A stretch of 64,000 bases of DNA from an uncultured Alphaproteobacteria bacterium (GTDB lineage: Bacteria; Pseudomonadota; Alphaproteobacteria; CAAHEQ01; UBA3637): positions 143,091-207,090 of the forward strand of contig CALXZG010000001.1 in assembly GCA_944393195.1 (NCBI GenBank), given 5' to 3'. This document shows, in pieces, positions 48,005-60,335 of this stretch; the stretch's first letter is position 1; the number at the start of each line of letters is the position of its first letter. Under the pieces are notes generated by a model. That model did not search any database. It was given only the letters and a program-made list of their open reading frames with translations, and had not been told where the DNA came from. Position numbers and translations under genes: made by a program.

Positions 48005-48109
48005 TTTTGTTCTCTCCTTTTTTCGAACGAAAATCAGTATACGTTTTTTTATAACAAAATAAAAGAAAAATCTTGCATCCTGCTGTTTTTTTCTTTATAA
48101 GCAAAATAA

Positions 48110-48805
48110 ATGACACATGTAACACTTTCGATTTTATACGGATTCCTCATCGGATTATTGCTGCCGGCCATTGCCGGTCGCTTCGGTAAGATTTTACCTG
48201 CCGACCCCGGTCTTGTTCTTCTTCGCCTGATCCATTTTCCCCGTTGCCCCCATACCGATAACCGATCCCGTCGTCACCGCTTTTTCCGGTTGTGGGGTAA
48301 ATTCACCGCCTTCACACTCCTTTGGGGTGTCCTGCTTGCCACTTTGTTTGGAATAATAGATCTCTTTATAACACCCGGCTTTATCCTGTGGGCCAAAGTA
48401 TTTACCACCATTATCTGCCTGTGCGTTATTATCGATCAAAAATATCTTCTGTTGCCCGACTTTTTTACAATCCCTCTGCTCCTGATCGGATGGGCGGCGG
48501 CCGTGTATATCGGTATCGTACCGGTTGAATATAGCTTAGCCGGTGCCGCTTTCGGGTATCTGGTTTCTACTCTTTCCGTTGTCTTAATGGGACTTTTTCG
48601 CCATCCGGAATTCGGGGGCGGGGACGTAAAAATGGTCACGGCTCTCGGGGCATGGTTCGGAATGCCGGGATTAAACTTTACCCTGATCTTGGCCTTTTTA
48701 CTGTTCGCAATGCCCGCCACACTCGCTTCTCGCAGGCGTGGTCCGTTCGGTCCCGCTTTGGGAGTGGCCGCCTTGATAACCCTGTTTATAATTTACGGCA
48801 AATAA
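48110..48805 (+). CDS. Prepilin peptidase (A24 family), single-domain form
   Basis: Polytopic membrane protein with both catalytic Asp motifs: IIDQKYLLLPDFF (compare ID..H.LLPD) and GGGDVKMVTALGAWFG (compare GMGDVKLLAALGAWLG). Only a single Cys (RCPH) where PilD has its tetracysteine loop. Confidence 0.7.
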   Translation: MTHVTLSILYGFLIGLLLPAIAGRFGKILPADPGLVLLRLIHFPRCPHTDNRSRRHRFFRLWGKFTAFTLLWGVLLATLFGIIDLFITPGFILWAKVFTTIICLCVIIDQKYLLLPDFFTIPLLLIGWAAAVYIGIVPVEYSLAGAAFGYLVSTLSVVLMGLFRHPEFGGGDVKMVTALGAWFGMPGLNFTLILAFLLFAMPATLASRRRGPFGPALGVAALITLFIIYGK

Positions 48806-48864
48806 TGCTTTACAAATGAACATAAAAACAGTATGATGTAAAAATCAATCAAAAGAGGTTGCCT

Positions 48865-49791
48865 ATGCCGCGTAAAAAGAAAACAGAAGAAGTCTTGGTG
48901 CATTTGGATTTGGAAACCATGTCCAAACCCGTGCGCCGTAAAAAAGAACCGTTGCCCGACGATGCCGTTTTGCCGTTAACTCTCGGCATGATATTGCAAC
49001 AAGCCCGCCAACACAAAAAATTAAAATTGGCCGATATCGCTCAAAAACTATGTATTAAGGAGGTTTACCTCGATGCATTGGAAAAAGGGCACTACTACGC
49101 TTTTCCCGGCCGTGTGTACGGAATCGGCTTTTTACGAACATACGCCACTTTTTTAGGGCTGGATGCCAATGAATTGGTCGATCGTTTTTATCAGGAAACG
49201 TCCGGTATGCAATCCGAACCCTTGGATATGCCCCGTGCCGAAAATACAAACGCGCTTCCGTCCGGAAAATGCCTTGTTAAAACAATTCTTGTTTTGATTG
49301 TGTTGTGGTTGTTCTGGTGGCTTATTTCCGCCTTGACAACGCCGCCCGAAGTAATGCCTGTTTTACCGGAAAAAGTTGAAACAACCATTCAAGAAATGGC
49401 GCCGGCCACAACTTCCGCCATTTCGGCCCCCTTGGATACCGAAGAGTTAACCGCTCCGGAAACAACCGCACCGGTCCCGGAACCGCCCAAAGAAGTCCGC
49501 CAATCGGTTTCTTATGGTCTAAAAACGCCGGCACGCGTATCTTTTGTTGCAACCGATAAAGTATGGATAGAAGTTCGTGATACCGATGCGGATCGTGTTT
49601 TGCTCAGCAAAATTCTCTTACCCGGAGATCGGTATAACCCGGCCGCCGATGCCGACGGTCTTGCGTTAAAAACGGCAAATGCCGGTGCTTTAACCGTTTA
49701 TGTGGACGGTACTGAAGTCGGTCCCGTCGGTCGAAACGGTGTCATTAAATCCGGTATATTAATGAATGCTGATGATTTTGTGAAAGACTGA
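48865..49791 (+). CDS. RodZ-like cytoskeleton protein (HTH, TM, C-terminal DUF4115-like)
   Basis: [39 protein letters not shown], then ...[15 protein letters not shown], a TM segment ([18 protein letters not shown]) and a Pro/Thr-rich linker. ATG 48865 follows an AAAAGAGG RBS. Confidence 0.65.
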   Translation: MPRKKKTEEVLVHLDLETMSKPVRRKKEPLPDDAVLPLTLGMILQQARQHKKLKLADIAQKLCIKEVYLDALEKGHYYAFPGRVYGIGFLRTYATFLGLDANELVDRFYQETSGMQSEPLDMPRAENTNALPSGKCLVKTILVLIVLWLFWWLISALTTPPEVMPVLPEKVETTIQEMAPATTSAISAPLDTEELTAPETTAPVPEPPKEVRQSVSYGLKTPARVSFVATDKVWIEVRDTDADRVLLSKILLPGDRYNPAADADGLALKTANAGALTVYVDGTEVGPVGRNGVIKSGILMNADDFVKD

Positions 49792-49796
49792 TAACC

Positions 49797-50864
49797 ATGA
49801 ATTTTGAACAAAAACTGGAAACGATTTTATCGCGCCATGAGGAATTAACGGCTTTGTTATCCGCCGGCGCATCTGGCGATGAATTTGTTAAATTATCTAA
49901 GGAACTCAGTTCGTTGGATGAAGTTGTTAAAGTCGGGAATGAATATAAAAAATGTGTGTCTGACTTGGCCGATACCGAAGCTTTATTAACGGATGAATCC
50001 CTGGACGCGGATATGAAAGAGATGGCCTCGGAAGAATTACGCACCCTGCGGGATAAATTGCCGGAATTGGAAAAACAAATCCAAATTTTATTGTTGCCCC
50101 GGGATGAAGCGGACGACCGCAACGTCATTCTGGAAATTCGGGCCGGCACAGGGGGGGAGGAAGCCGCTCTTTTTGCCGCCGAATTATTCCGCATGTACGA
50201 ACGATATGCGGCCAACCGCGGTTGGAAATTCGAAACATTGTCTTTGAATGATACGGGATTAGGCGGTTATAAAGAAGCCGTCGCCCAAATTTCCGGACAC
50301 GCCGTTTTCGCCCGCCTTAAATTCGAATCGGGTGCCCACCGTGTCCAACGGGTTCCGGAAACGGAAGCCGGCGGACGCGTCCATACGTCGGCGGCTACCG
50401 TTGCTGTTTTACCCGAGGCTCAAGAGGTGGACGTTAAAATTAACGAAGCCGACTTGGAAATTACCACTTGCCGTGCTTCCGGTGCCGGCGGACAACACGT
50501 GAATAAAACGGATAGCGCTATCCGTATTGTCCATAAACCGACCGGTATCGCCGTCGAATGTCAGGAAGAACGTTCTCAGTTTAAAAACAAAGAAAAAGCC
50601 ATGACCCGCCTGCGGACAGCGTTATACGATATGCAACGTCAGGCCTTGGATAAGGAGCGTTCCCAAAACCGTAAAAATCAGGTCGGATCCGGTGACCGTT
50701 CCGAACGTATCCGTACTTATAATTTCCCCCAAGGACGCGTCACGGATCATCGTATCAATAAAACAAGCTATCAACTCCATGAATTTATGGATGGCAACTT
50801 GGATGAATTTATTGATGCCCTGATTATGGAAGATCAAATGGCGCGGCTGGCGGAAATTGATTGA
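49797..50864 (+). CDS. prfA: Peptide chain release factor 1
   Basis: PxT-containing domain and GGQ motif ([16 protein letters not shown]). Confidence 0.95.
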   Translation: MNFEQKLETILSRHEELTALLSAGASGDEFVKLSKELSSLDEVVKVGNEYKKCVSDLADTEALLTDESLDADMKEMASEELRTLRDKLPELEKQIQILLLPRDEADDRNVILEIRAGTGGEEAALFAAELFRMYERYAANRGWKFETLSLNDTGLGGYKEAVAQISGHAVFARLKFESGAHRVQRVPETEAGGRVHTSAATVAVLPEAQEVDVKINEADLEITTCRASGAGGQHVNKTDSAIRIVHKPTGIAVECQEERSQFKNKEKAMTRLRTALYDMQRQALDKERSQNRKNQVGSGDRSERIRTYNFPQGRVTDHRINKTSYQLHEFMDGNLDEFIDALIMEDQMARLAEID

Positions 50865-51643
50865 TGGACGAAATTCACCGCATTGCCCAAAAATTAACAC
50901 CTGTTTCCGACACACCATTGTCGGATGCCCGTTTATTGACTGCTGCCGCCCGTTCTGCCGAAGAATTAGCCGCTTTCATTGATCGCCGTTGCCAATGCGA
51001 ACCGGTTTCTAAAATCATCGGTCGTCGCGGTTTTTGGAAAAGCGATTTTATTACAACAAAGGATGTGCTCGATCCGCGTCCCGACTCCGAAACAATGATA
51101 GAGGCCGTTTTGCATACTTGTTCCGACACGACACAACCTTATCGTATTTTGGATATCGGCACCGGTTCCGGTTGCCTGTTGTTCAGCTTGCTGGACGAAT
51201 ATCCCAATGCCCGCGGTACCGGCTTTGATATTTCCGAACAGGCTTTGACCGTTGCCTGTGCAAATCAAGGTAGCCGTCAGGCCGATTTAAGGGTAGGGGA
51301 CTTTATGCACTCGTTCCCAACCGATATGGGACTATTCGATATCGTTGTATCAAATCCCCCTTATATTCCGACGGCGAATATAGCCACTCTGGCACCGGAT
51401 GTGCGCCTTTATGATCCGATAATCGCTCTGGATGGCGGTACGGACGGTCTAGATGCCTATCGCGCTTTGACGCGCCATATTCCATCCGTTTTATCCTCAA
51501 AAGGATTCGTTTTTTTAGAGGTTGGCATTCATCAATCCTCCTCGGTCGCTGCCTTGTTTGAAGCAAGCGGTTTTCACCATATCGCCACCCATTCGGATTT
51601 GGGTGGCATTCCCCGTATCGTTGTTTTACAAAAGGAGTCTTAA
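50861..51643 (+). CDS. prmC: Release factor glutamine methyltransferase
   Basis: NPPY motif (VVSNPPYIP) and SAM-binding DIGTGSG. Start overlaps the prfA stop. Confidence 0.9.
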   Translation: MMDEIHRIAQKLTPVSDTPLSDARLLTAAARSAEELAAFIDRRCQCEPVSKIIGRRGFWKSDFITTKDVLDPRPDSETMIEAVLHTCSDTTQPYRILDIGTGSGCLLFSLLDEYPNARGTGFDISEQALTVACANQGSRQADLRVGDFMHSFPTDMGLFDIVVSNPPYIPTANIATLAPDVRLYDPIIALDGGTDGLDAYRALTRHIPSVLSSKGFVFLEVGIHQSSSVAALFEASGFHHIATHSDLGGIPRIVVLQKES

Positions 51644-52201
51644 ATGTTTCAAGGTACATTTCCGGAAGAAATCACCGGCACCCGTTTGATTTTAAAAAAA
51701 CTACCCGTCACATTTGATATGGCTCGACAAATATTTACCTTGGCCGATGCCGACCGTGACGGCTTGCGCTTTCTTCCGTGGATTCCCTACACCCATCGAC
51801 CGGAAGACAGTTATACTTTCCTCTATGAATCGGATAAAAACTGGCGCGCTAAAACAGATGCTGAATACGGTATCTGGCATAAGGAAACCAATACCTTTAT
51901 GGGGTGCATCGGCGCTATGGATTTTCATGATAATGATGAAGCCATGATCGGATTCTGGTTGGGTAAAGATTTCCGTGGTCACGGTTATATGTGTGAAGCC
52001 GTTGCTTTAATGGAAAATATGCTTTTTCCTACTGTCAATCGTATTATTATTCGTAATGATACGGTTAATGAAGCCTCCATCCATGTGGCCGAAAAGATGG
52101 GATATCATCGGGACGGTATTATGCGTGCCGGCCTCAAATACGCCGACGGCCATTATGCCGATTGTAATATCTTTTCCAAATTACGTTCTGATCGATCATA
52201 A
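51644..52201 (+). CDS. GNAT family N-acetyltransferase (RimJ/RimL-like)
   Basis: 185 aa GNAT fold (IGFWLGKDFRGHGYMCEAV). Confidence 0.75.
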   Translation: MFQGTFPEEITGTRLILKKLPVTFDMARQIFTLADADRDGLRFLPWIPYTHRPEDSYTFLYESDKNWRAKTDAEYGIWHKETNTFMGCIGAMDFHDNDEAMIGFWLGKDFRGHGYMCEAVALMENMLFPTVNRIIIRNDTVNEASIHVAEKMGYHRDGIMRAGLKYADGHYADCNIFSKLRSDRS

Positions 52202-52251
52202 TATATTGACATTTTTGATTTCCTTTGATACCTTGGTATCGGAGGTACATC

Positions 52252-52827
52252 ATGACTTATCAAGGCGAATTTAAAGAAGAAATTATCGGCGACCGTATTA
52301 TTCTCAGGAAATATCCTGTCACATTTGATATGGCGCAACAAATTTTTGCATTGACAGATGAATCTCGGGATTGTTTACGGACTTTTTTGCCGTGGCCGGA
52401 TTTAACAGTACAGCCGGAGGATTCTTTTGCTTTTATTTATGAATCTAATAAGGCATGGAAAACAAAGGAAAAAGCCGAATACGGTATTTGGAATAAAGAA
52501 ACCGGAACTTTGATGGGGGGAATCGGTATTATGCATTTTCACGACAATGATTCGGCAGAAATCGGCTATTGGCTGGCAACCCGGTTTCAAGGAAACGGCT
52601 ATATGCGCGAAGCGGTTCAATTGCTGGAAAATGAATTCTTTCCGACACTGATACGAATCGTTATTCGCAATGATGTGAAAAATATTCGCTCCGCCAATGT
52701 ACCGGCTAAAATAGGTTATCATTTAGACGGTGTTATGCGATCATCGCTAAAATACCTCGACGGTCATTATGGGGATATGAATGTCTGGACAAAATTACGT
52801 ACCGATTGGGAAAAACAACGTCAATAA
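52252..52827 (+). CDS. GNAT family N-acetyltransferase; tandem paralog of the previous gene
   Basis: Roughly 50% identical to the upstream gene by eye (YPVTFDMAQQIF, IGYWLATRFQGNGYMREAV). ATG 52252 follows a GGAGG RBS. Confidence 0.75.
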   Translation: MTYQGEFKEEIIGDRIILRKYPVTFDMAQQIFALTDESRDCLRTFLPWPDLTVQPEDSFAFIYESNKAWKTKEKAEYGIWNKETGTLMGGIGIMHFHDNDSAEIGYWLATRFQGNGYMREAVQLLENEFFPTLIRIVIRNDVKNIRSANVPAKIGYHLDGVMRSSLKYLDGHYGDMNVWTKLRTDWEKQRQ

Positions 52828-52857
52828 AAAAAGAGGCGGAAAGCCTCTTTTTTTTAT
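52826..52857. terminator. Bidirectional rho-independent terminator
   Basis: AGAGGCGGAAAGCCTCT flanked by A-run and T-run. Confidence 0.7.
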
Positions 52858-54686
52858 CCCCGTCGACCGAATAGCTTTTCAATATCACTCAACTTTAATT
52901 CAACATACGTCGGGCGTCCGTGAATACATTGTCCGGAGGTGCCGCACGCTTCCATCTGTCGCAACAAAGCGTTCATCTCTTCAATGGTTAAAACACGCCC
53001 GGCGCGGATTGATCCGTGACATGCCATTCGTGCACAAACATCCTTAATTCGATCCTTTAACAAAACCGTATCATCAAATTCTTTCAACGTGTCCGCTATG
53101 TCTTGGACAAGTCGTTTAATATCTGCCTTATCCAATAAAGCCGGTATTTCCCGTACGGCAACACAATCGGCCCCAAAGACATCCAACACAAAACCAAAAG
53201 CCTTTAACTCTTCTGCCCGTCGACCGAGTAATGAAACCTCTTCCGGTTTTAAATCAATAATTTCCGGAATTAACAACATTTGCGTTTGAATCGATGTCTC
53301 TGTTCGTTGCATCAACTTTTCATACGTTAACCGCTCATGCGCCGCATGTTGATCCACAATGATAATTCCTTCTTTACCTTGGGCAATAATATACGTTTTG
53401 TGGAGCTGTGCTTTTGCCAAACCTAACGGCGGAAATTCTTCCGGCGTCGGTGTTGCTACCTGTACCGGATTAACCACTACATCCCGTCGAACCGAATAGC
53501 TGTCCGATAAAGCCATCCGCGGCATTTCCGGATTGCCATCGGATACGTTTCCCACCGGTCGGGCAGAGGAGGTGTAGGTATTGAATAATCCGCGACTGCT
53601 TCCACGATACCCACCGCTAATCGGACGGGACATTGGACGAGGCACCACCATTTCAACCGCTTTATTTAACATCTCCGTTCCAATGGCGGAGGAGGTCTTA
53701 TTGCCGTGTTCGATTAAAGCCTGTCGTATCGAACCGACCAAAATTCCTTTAACCTTTGCCGCGTCTTTGAATCGTACTTCCGTTTTGGCCGGATGAACAT
53801 TAACATCCACATCCGCATTCGGCACGTTTAAAAATAAAACAGCAACCGGATATACATCATGCCCGATTAATCCTTGATACGCTCCACGAACGGCACCCGT
53901 CAAAACTTTGTCCTTAATACACCGCCCGTTGACGAACAAGTACTGCTCCGTCGATGTCGCCCGTGTATAGGTCGGAAGCCCGGCAAAACCCGATAATTGA
54001 ATCCCGTCATGACTTGCTTGAACGGATACCACATTTTCGTCAAAGCCTTTTCCGATAACGGCCGATACCCGCGCCAATACAGATGTCGTCGCCGGATAAT
54101 TTAAAATGACCCGCCGATCATCCGCCAAAGAAAAGCCGATTCCCGGGTATGCCATCGCTAACCGATTAATAACATCTTTGGCCGCCAATAATTCACTTTG
54201 CGACGACTTTAAAAACTTTAAGCGGGCAGGGGTCGCAAAAAATAAATCCCGTACCTCAACCGTTGTTCCAAAACCGTGTGCCGCCGGCCGAGGTTCTCCT
54301 TTTTGTCCACCCTCAACGGTTAAACTCCACGCTTCACTCGCGCCTTTGGGGCGAGATGTCATCGTTAATCTGGCAACCGAAGCAATAGACGGCAAAGCTT
54401 CCCCCCGAAAGCCCAAGAAATGAATGTTAAATAAATCTTCATCCGGCAACTTACTGGTCGCATGACGCTCCACGGCCAGGTTTAACTCTTCCTGAGTCAT
54501 CCCTTTTCCGTTATCTGTCACGGAAAAGTATGTTTTTCCACCGTCAATCATCTTGACATCAATGGTCGTTCCGCCGGCATCAATCGCGTTTTCAATTAAC
54601 TCTTTTAACGCCGCCGCCGGTCGTTCAACCACTTCACCGGCCGCAATTTGGTTAATCAGGTTTTGGGGTAATAATCGTATCGTCAT
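52854..54686 (-). CDS. mutL: DNA mismatch repair protein MutL
   Basis: GHKL ATPase N-domain (NQIAAGEVVERPAAALKELIENAIDA) and C-terminal dimerisation domain. Confidence 0.95.
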   Translation of the reverse strand: MTIRLLPQNLINQIAAGEVVERPAAALKELIENAIDAGGTTIDVKMIDGGKTYFSVTDNGKGMTQEELNLAVERHATSKLPDEDLFNIHFLGFRGEALPSIASVARLTMTSRPKGASEAWSLTVEGGQKGEPRPAAHGFGTTVEVRDLFFATPARLKFLKSSQSELLAAKDVINRLAMAYPGIGFSLADDRRVILNYPATTSVLARVSAVIGKGFDENVVSVQASHDGIQLSGFAGLPTYTRATSTEQYLFVNGRCIKDKVLTGAVRGAYQGLIGHDVYPVAVLFLNVPNADVDVNVHPAKTEVRFKDAAKVKGILVGSIRQALIEHGNKTSSAIGTEMLNKAVEMVVPRPMSRPISGGYRGSSRGLFNTYTSSARPVGNVSDGNPEMPRMALSDSYSVRRDVVVNPVQVATPTPEEFPPLGLAKAQLHKTYIIAQGKEGIIIVDQHAAHERLTYEKLMQRTETSIQTQMLLIPEIIDLKPEEVSLLGRRAEELKAFGFVLDVFGADCVAVREIPALLDKADIKRLVQDIADTLKEFDDTVLLKDRIKDVCARMACHGSIRAGRVLTIEEMNALLRQMEACGTSGQCIHGRPTYVELKLSDIEKLFGRRG

Positions 54687-54763
54687 GTTTATCCTTTTCG
54701 GAATTATTGTACGCTAAAATAAAATAAGAATCAACAATAATTCGTTAAATAACAATTCTGCTT

Positions 54764-54794
54764 AAAAAAACGCCCGTCGATTGACAGGCGTTTT
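54764..54794 (-). terminator. pgi terminator
   Basis: Minus strand: AACGCCTGTCAATCGACGGGCGTT followed by TTTTTTT. Confidence 0.6.
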
Positions 54795-54810
54795 AACACT
54801 TTTTCGGCTT

Positions 54811-56567
<1,757 letters not shown>

Positions 56568-56581
<14 letters not shown>

Positions 56582-57026
56582 GTTTTGACTCCTTCATCCA
56601 ATGAATAAAAATCAACATAACCCCCAGGCAAATCGCACTGTCCGCAATATTAAAAGCCGGCCAATGATACCTGCCGATATAAAAATCGAGGAAATCAACC
56701 ACCGCCCCGAAACGAATTCGATCAATGACATTGGCAATCGCTCCGCCCAAAATCAAAGCCAACCCTGTCAAAACCAACCGACTTTTTTCCCGCCGCATCC
56801 AACCGACAATCATAATACATATGGCAATCGCCAAACCGGATAAAATCCAAGGTGTTACCGGATGATTATTGCTTAAAAACGAAAAGCTGACCCCTTTGTT
56901 GAACGTTAAATACAAATTAAAACAAGGGAAAACCGATACAGCTTCCCATTTGGGTAATCCGATTAAAGCCCACCATTTCGTCAATTGGTCAAGTACGATA
57001 ACCCCCAAAGACAACACATAAATCAT
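56568..57026 (-). CDS. lspA: Lipoprotein signal peptidase II
   Basis: 152 aa, four TM segments, conserved NKGVSF and ANVIDR motifs. AAGAGGAG RBS. Confidence 0.9.
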
Positions 57027-57115
57027 CCCGACTCCTCTTGTTTTTTTACTGTTATAGTATAAATAAACCGAAAAGTCACTCTTTTTTTATTTATTTTTAG
57101 AATTTATATGATATA

Positions 57116-58147
57116 ATGAAAAACATGACAGATAAGCTGACACGTCCCGCTTTGAAACAAGCCGATACAAAAGTTTCGGAAGCCGATATGATTTACTTTT
57201 CGTTGGGCATCGATACCGCAACGGATTTTGTGTTGCCGTCCGAAAGGGATGACTATCGTTCGGATAAACGCGCCGTTCAATTGGTGCACGACATTCGGGC
57301 CGGCAAAGATATGTCCGGTCGGGATTTCAGTGGTATTAACCTGAAAAACGCGGATATTTCCGGTGGCCGGTTCCAAGGTGCCTCCTTTAAAGGTGCCGTG
57401 TTTTATCAGACGCAAGCCGCCGATTGTGACTTTACCGATTGTGATTTTACCGAGGCTTATTTGGAAGACAGCGATTTTTCCCGTTCATGGTTTACCGGTG
57501 CCCGCTTTCAAAAAGCATACTTGCGCCATTTAACGTTGGATGAAGCACATTTGGATGACGAAGCCCGTAACCGGATAACCGCTATGGATAAGCTGATAGA
57601 TCTGATTGAATCCGGCGAAATCGATATTCACAACTTAACGGAATCTGATTTGCTTTTCCTTGATTTGCGTCGTCTGGACCTGTCTAAAGTCGATATCTCC
57701 GACATGGATTTATCCATGTTTAATTTGGAAGGGGTCAACCTTCGCGGTACCTACGTACCGCCCGGTATGCTGCTCAGTTTAAAGGAACTGAAACACAACT
57801 ACCTCCGTGTTCAAGCTTTGAATGAAAAAAAATTAAAGGCCGAAACGCTGAAAGTCCTCAAACAAAAACAGGACGAATTAATGGCGTATGCACAGTCTGC
57901 GGTTAATCATAAACCGGTCATTGATACCATGCCGATACACGATCAGAACCTGAAACGTCCCCCCATAAAGCAAGACGAATTTGACCGTTCCGTTCCGTCT
58001 CCCACACCGGTATCGTCCCCGAAAAAGACGGAAACGGACGAAACCAATCGTCCGCCCCGCACATCGCACAGGGAACCGACACAACCGATTTTGATGCCAC
58101 GTTTGCGCCGGTTGGCTAAAACCAAGAAAGTAAAGGCAAGAACCTGA
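57116..58147 (+). CDS. Pentapeptide-repeat protein with C-terminal basic/Pro-rich tail
   Basis: Multiple A(D/N)LxG-type pentapeptide tandem repeats (DMSGRDFSGINLKNADISGGRFQGASFKGAVF...). C-terminal ~80 aa is Lys/Arg/Pro rich. TATAAT overlaps the first ATG, so the start may be ATG 57125 (possibly leaderless). Confidence 0.75.
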   Translation: MKNMTDKLTRPALKQADTKVSEADMIYFSLGIDTATDFVLPSERDDYRSDKRAVQLVHDIRAGKDMSGRDFSGINLKNADISGGRFQGASFKGAVFYQTQAADCDFTDCDFTEAYLEDSDFSRSWFTGARFQKAYLRHLTLDEAHLDDEARNRITAMDKLIDLIESGEIDIHNLTESDLLFLDLRRLDLSKVDISDMDLSMFNLEGVNLRGTYVPPGMLLSLKELKHNYLRVQALNEKKLKAETLKVLKQKQDELMAYAQSAVNHKPVIDTMPIHDQNLKRPPIKQDEFDRSVPSPTPVSSPKKTETDETNRPPRTSHREPTQPILMPRLRRLAKTKKVKART

Positions 58148-58148
58148 T

Positions 58149-60326
58149 ATGATACACTTGAATCCCGCTTTTAAATCCCGTCGAAACGCTATTAAATGGT
58201 GGTCATGGCGCGCCCTGATCGGTGTTATGATTTTATGGGCGCTTTTGCTCTTTTTTCTGCCGTTTTGCTTGTGGTTACAGCCCAGCTATCAAGGTTCCCT
58301 CTGGTCGGTTGTTTCCGCCTTTTGGAAACAAACGGTGACACAAAATCTTTTCTTTCCGCTCAAAGCCTGGGGAGGGTGGTTGACTTCTTACCTGTTCCGG
58401 GAACCGATTCATACCCAATGGTCCTCTTTCTTTGCTTGGAAACTCCCCCTTATTCCAACTATGGCTTTTGTTTTGTATGAAATCTGGTTGTTTGTTCAGA
58501 ATCCGTTTACCATGGATGATCAAACATTCGGGAGCGGTCGTGAAGCCCGCCCTTCCGATGTGGAAAAAATGGGACTTTTTAAAGGGAAATACCTTTTTCT
58601 CGGCCTCTATCAGGGGCGCAAAATCAAATTGCCTGATACCCGATCCGTCTTTTGTATCGGCGCCCCCGGAAGCGGCAAAACCATGGGAACCGTCGTCCCC
58701 GCCATTCTGGAAATGAACGATGCCTGCCTGATTATTAACGATCCCAAAGGTGAGTTGGCTAAATTGACAAGTGGTCACCGTGCAACACTCGGCCCCGTGT
58801 TTATGATGAATTGGGGGGCGACGGATGAACCGGCCAAAGGTATTTGCTGGCCCTCATGGAATCCGATCGGCGGCGGTAACCTGCCACCGCTTCACGCCGG
58901 CCGAGAAGCCTATATCGACGGCTTGATTTCTTTCCTTATCCCCGACGGTCCGACCGGTACCGATCCCTATTGGGTCAAAACCGGACGCGGTTGCCTGACC
59001 GGCTTAACCGGCTATCTGTGCGGTAAAGTGGACCAAGCCAAAGCAAACGACTATTTTGTTGCCCGTTTAAGGGAAGGGGGCTTGGATGATGAAGATTACG
59101 CCGTTTTGCTCTCCTATTATCGGTCCATGCGTGATTTCAAAGAAGTCAAAGAAGCCATCCGTAACGCCGAAAATAAAACCATTACACGGGACAATTATCT
59201 ACCGATCGGAAAGTGGGATCCGATTCCCGAAAACTGGCGCGGTAATGAAGCTTGCTTTGCTATGCTGTTGGATATCATTACCTCCTCCCAAATTCGTATT
59301 AACGAAGAATTGGCAGAACGAAAACGTCAACGGGATTTAAGCGCTACAACAACAGATGCCTGGAAAATTATTTTGGAAGACATTGTTCTGGAAACCGCCT
59401 ACTACGGCTACGGCCGCCGAACTTTGTTGGAATTGAATCAAGTACTCAGTCTGCCGGATAAACAACGCGGATCCGTCATTTCAATGGCGCTGTCCGGCAT
59501 TAATCTCTTTAAGAATGCTGCCGTTCGTGTACGCACGTCCATGAATGACTTTGATTACGCCCATCTGCGCGGTATGAAAGATCCCGAAACGGGTACGTAT
59601 AAACCGATTACCATCTATTTGTCCGTCCCTTATGAAGACTTGAATTCATCCGTTTTGTTAAGTACCCTCTTTATCAATATGGCAACCGGCTACTTAATGG
59701 AATTCGGCCCGAACGAGGGTAAGGTGGGACCATATCCGATGGGCTTTATTTTGGACGAATTCCAACATATGCCTTCCTTACAAAGTATTTCCGACGGGAT
59801 TGTTTTCGGACGGGCAAAACAAAACATGTTCTTTGTCGTTGTGCAGGATTGGCACCAAATCTCTGCCAAATACGGTAAAGAAACCGCCCAAGTGGTCATG
59901 AGTTCCAGCGCCGTTAAAATCATTAAACGACAAAATAATCCGGAAACCCGTAATCCGCTCTTAAAAGGCATTACCCCCTTAACCAAAGTTGTCCATAGTT
60001 ACAGCGGTAAGTTTAATTCGTTAATCAGCTTTTTCCCAAAATCCGATATGAAAAAAGACCTTTTCCGTATTTGGGATCATGGTTATTCACATAAAATAAA
60101 GATCCAATCCGATTCCGTTATCGGCGGTTCCGGTATTCTCAGTATGGCAATCAATAAACAATTGGTCTTGTTTTCCGGCCACCTCAATACCCCTATCCGC
60201 GCCGAAACACCGCTTTGTTATAAAAATGCTACTTACAAAGCCTTAACCGCTCTTCCGCCGGCACCTAAAATGCCGCCGGAAATGGAACATGACGATACAA
60301 TCATCCAATCTATTGCGTCTATTTAG
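58149..60326 (+). CDS. Type IV secretion coupling protein (VirD4/TraG family)
   Basis: N-terminal TM helices, Walker A FCIGAPGSGKTMGTVVPAIL, Walker B ILDEFQHM, and GSGREARPSD resembling the TraG GSARWA motif. No relaxase or VirB genes in the window. Confidence 0.75.
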   Translation: MIHLNPAFKSRRNAIKWWSWRALIGVMILWALLLFFLPFCLWLQPSYQGSLWSVVSAFWKQTVTQNLFFPLKAWGGWLTSYLFREPIHTQWSSFFAWKLPLIPTMAFVLYEIWLFVQNPFTMDDQTFGSGREARPSDVEKMGLFKGKYLFLGLYQGRKIKLPDTRSVFCIGAPGSGKTMGTVVPAILEMNDACLIINDPKGELAKLTSGHRATLGPVFMMNWGATDEPAKGICWPSWNPIGGGNLPPLHAGREAYIDGLISFLIPDGPTGTDPYWVKTGRGCLTGLTGYLCGKVDQAKANDYFVARLREGGLDDEDYAVLLSYYRSMRDFKEVKEAIRNAENKTITRDNYLPIGKWDPIPENWRGNEACFAMLLDIITSSQIRINEELAERKRQRDLSATTTDAWKIILEDIVLETAYYGYGRRTLLELNQVLSLPDKQRGSVISMALSGINLFKNAAVRVRTSMNDFDYAHLRGMKDPETGTYKPITIYLSVPYEDLNSSVLLSTLFINMATGYLMEFGPNEGKVGPYPMGFILDEFQHMPSLQSISDGIVFGRAKQNMFFVVVQDWHQISAKYGKETAQVVMSSSAVKIIKRQNNPETRNPLLKGITPLTKVVHSYSGKFNSLISFFPKSDMKKDLFRIWDHGYSHKIKIQSDSVIGGSGILSMAINKQLVLFSGHLNTPIRAETPLCYKNATYKALTALPPAPKMPPEMEHDDTIIQSIASI

Positions 60327-60335
60327 GTATATTGT

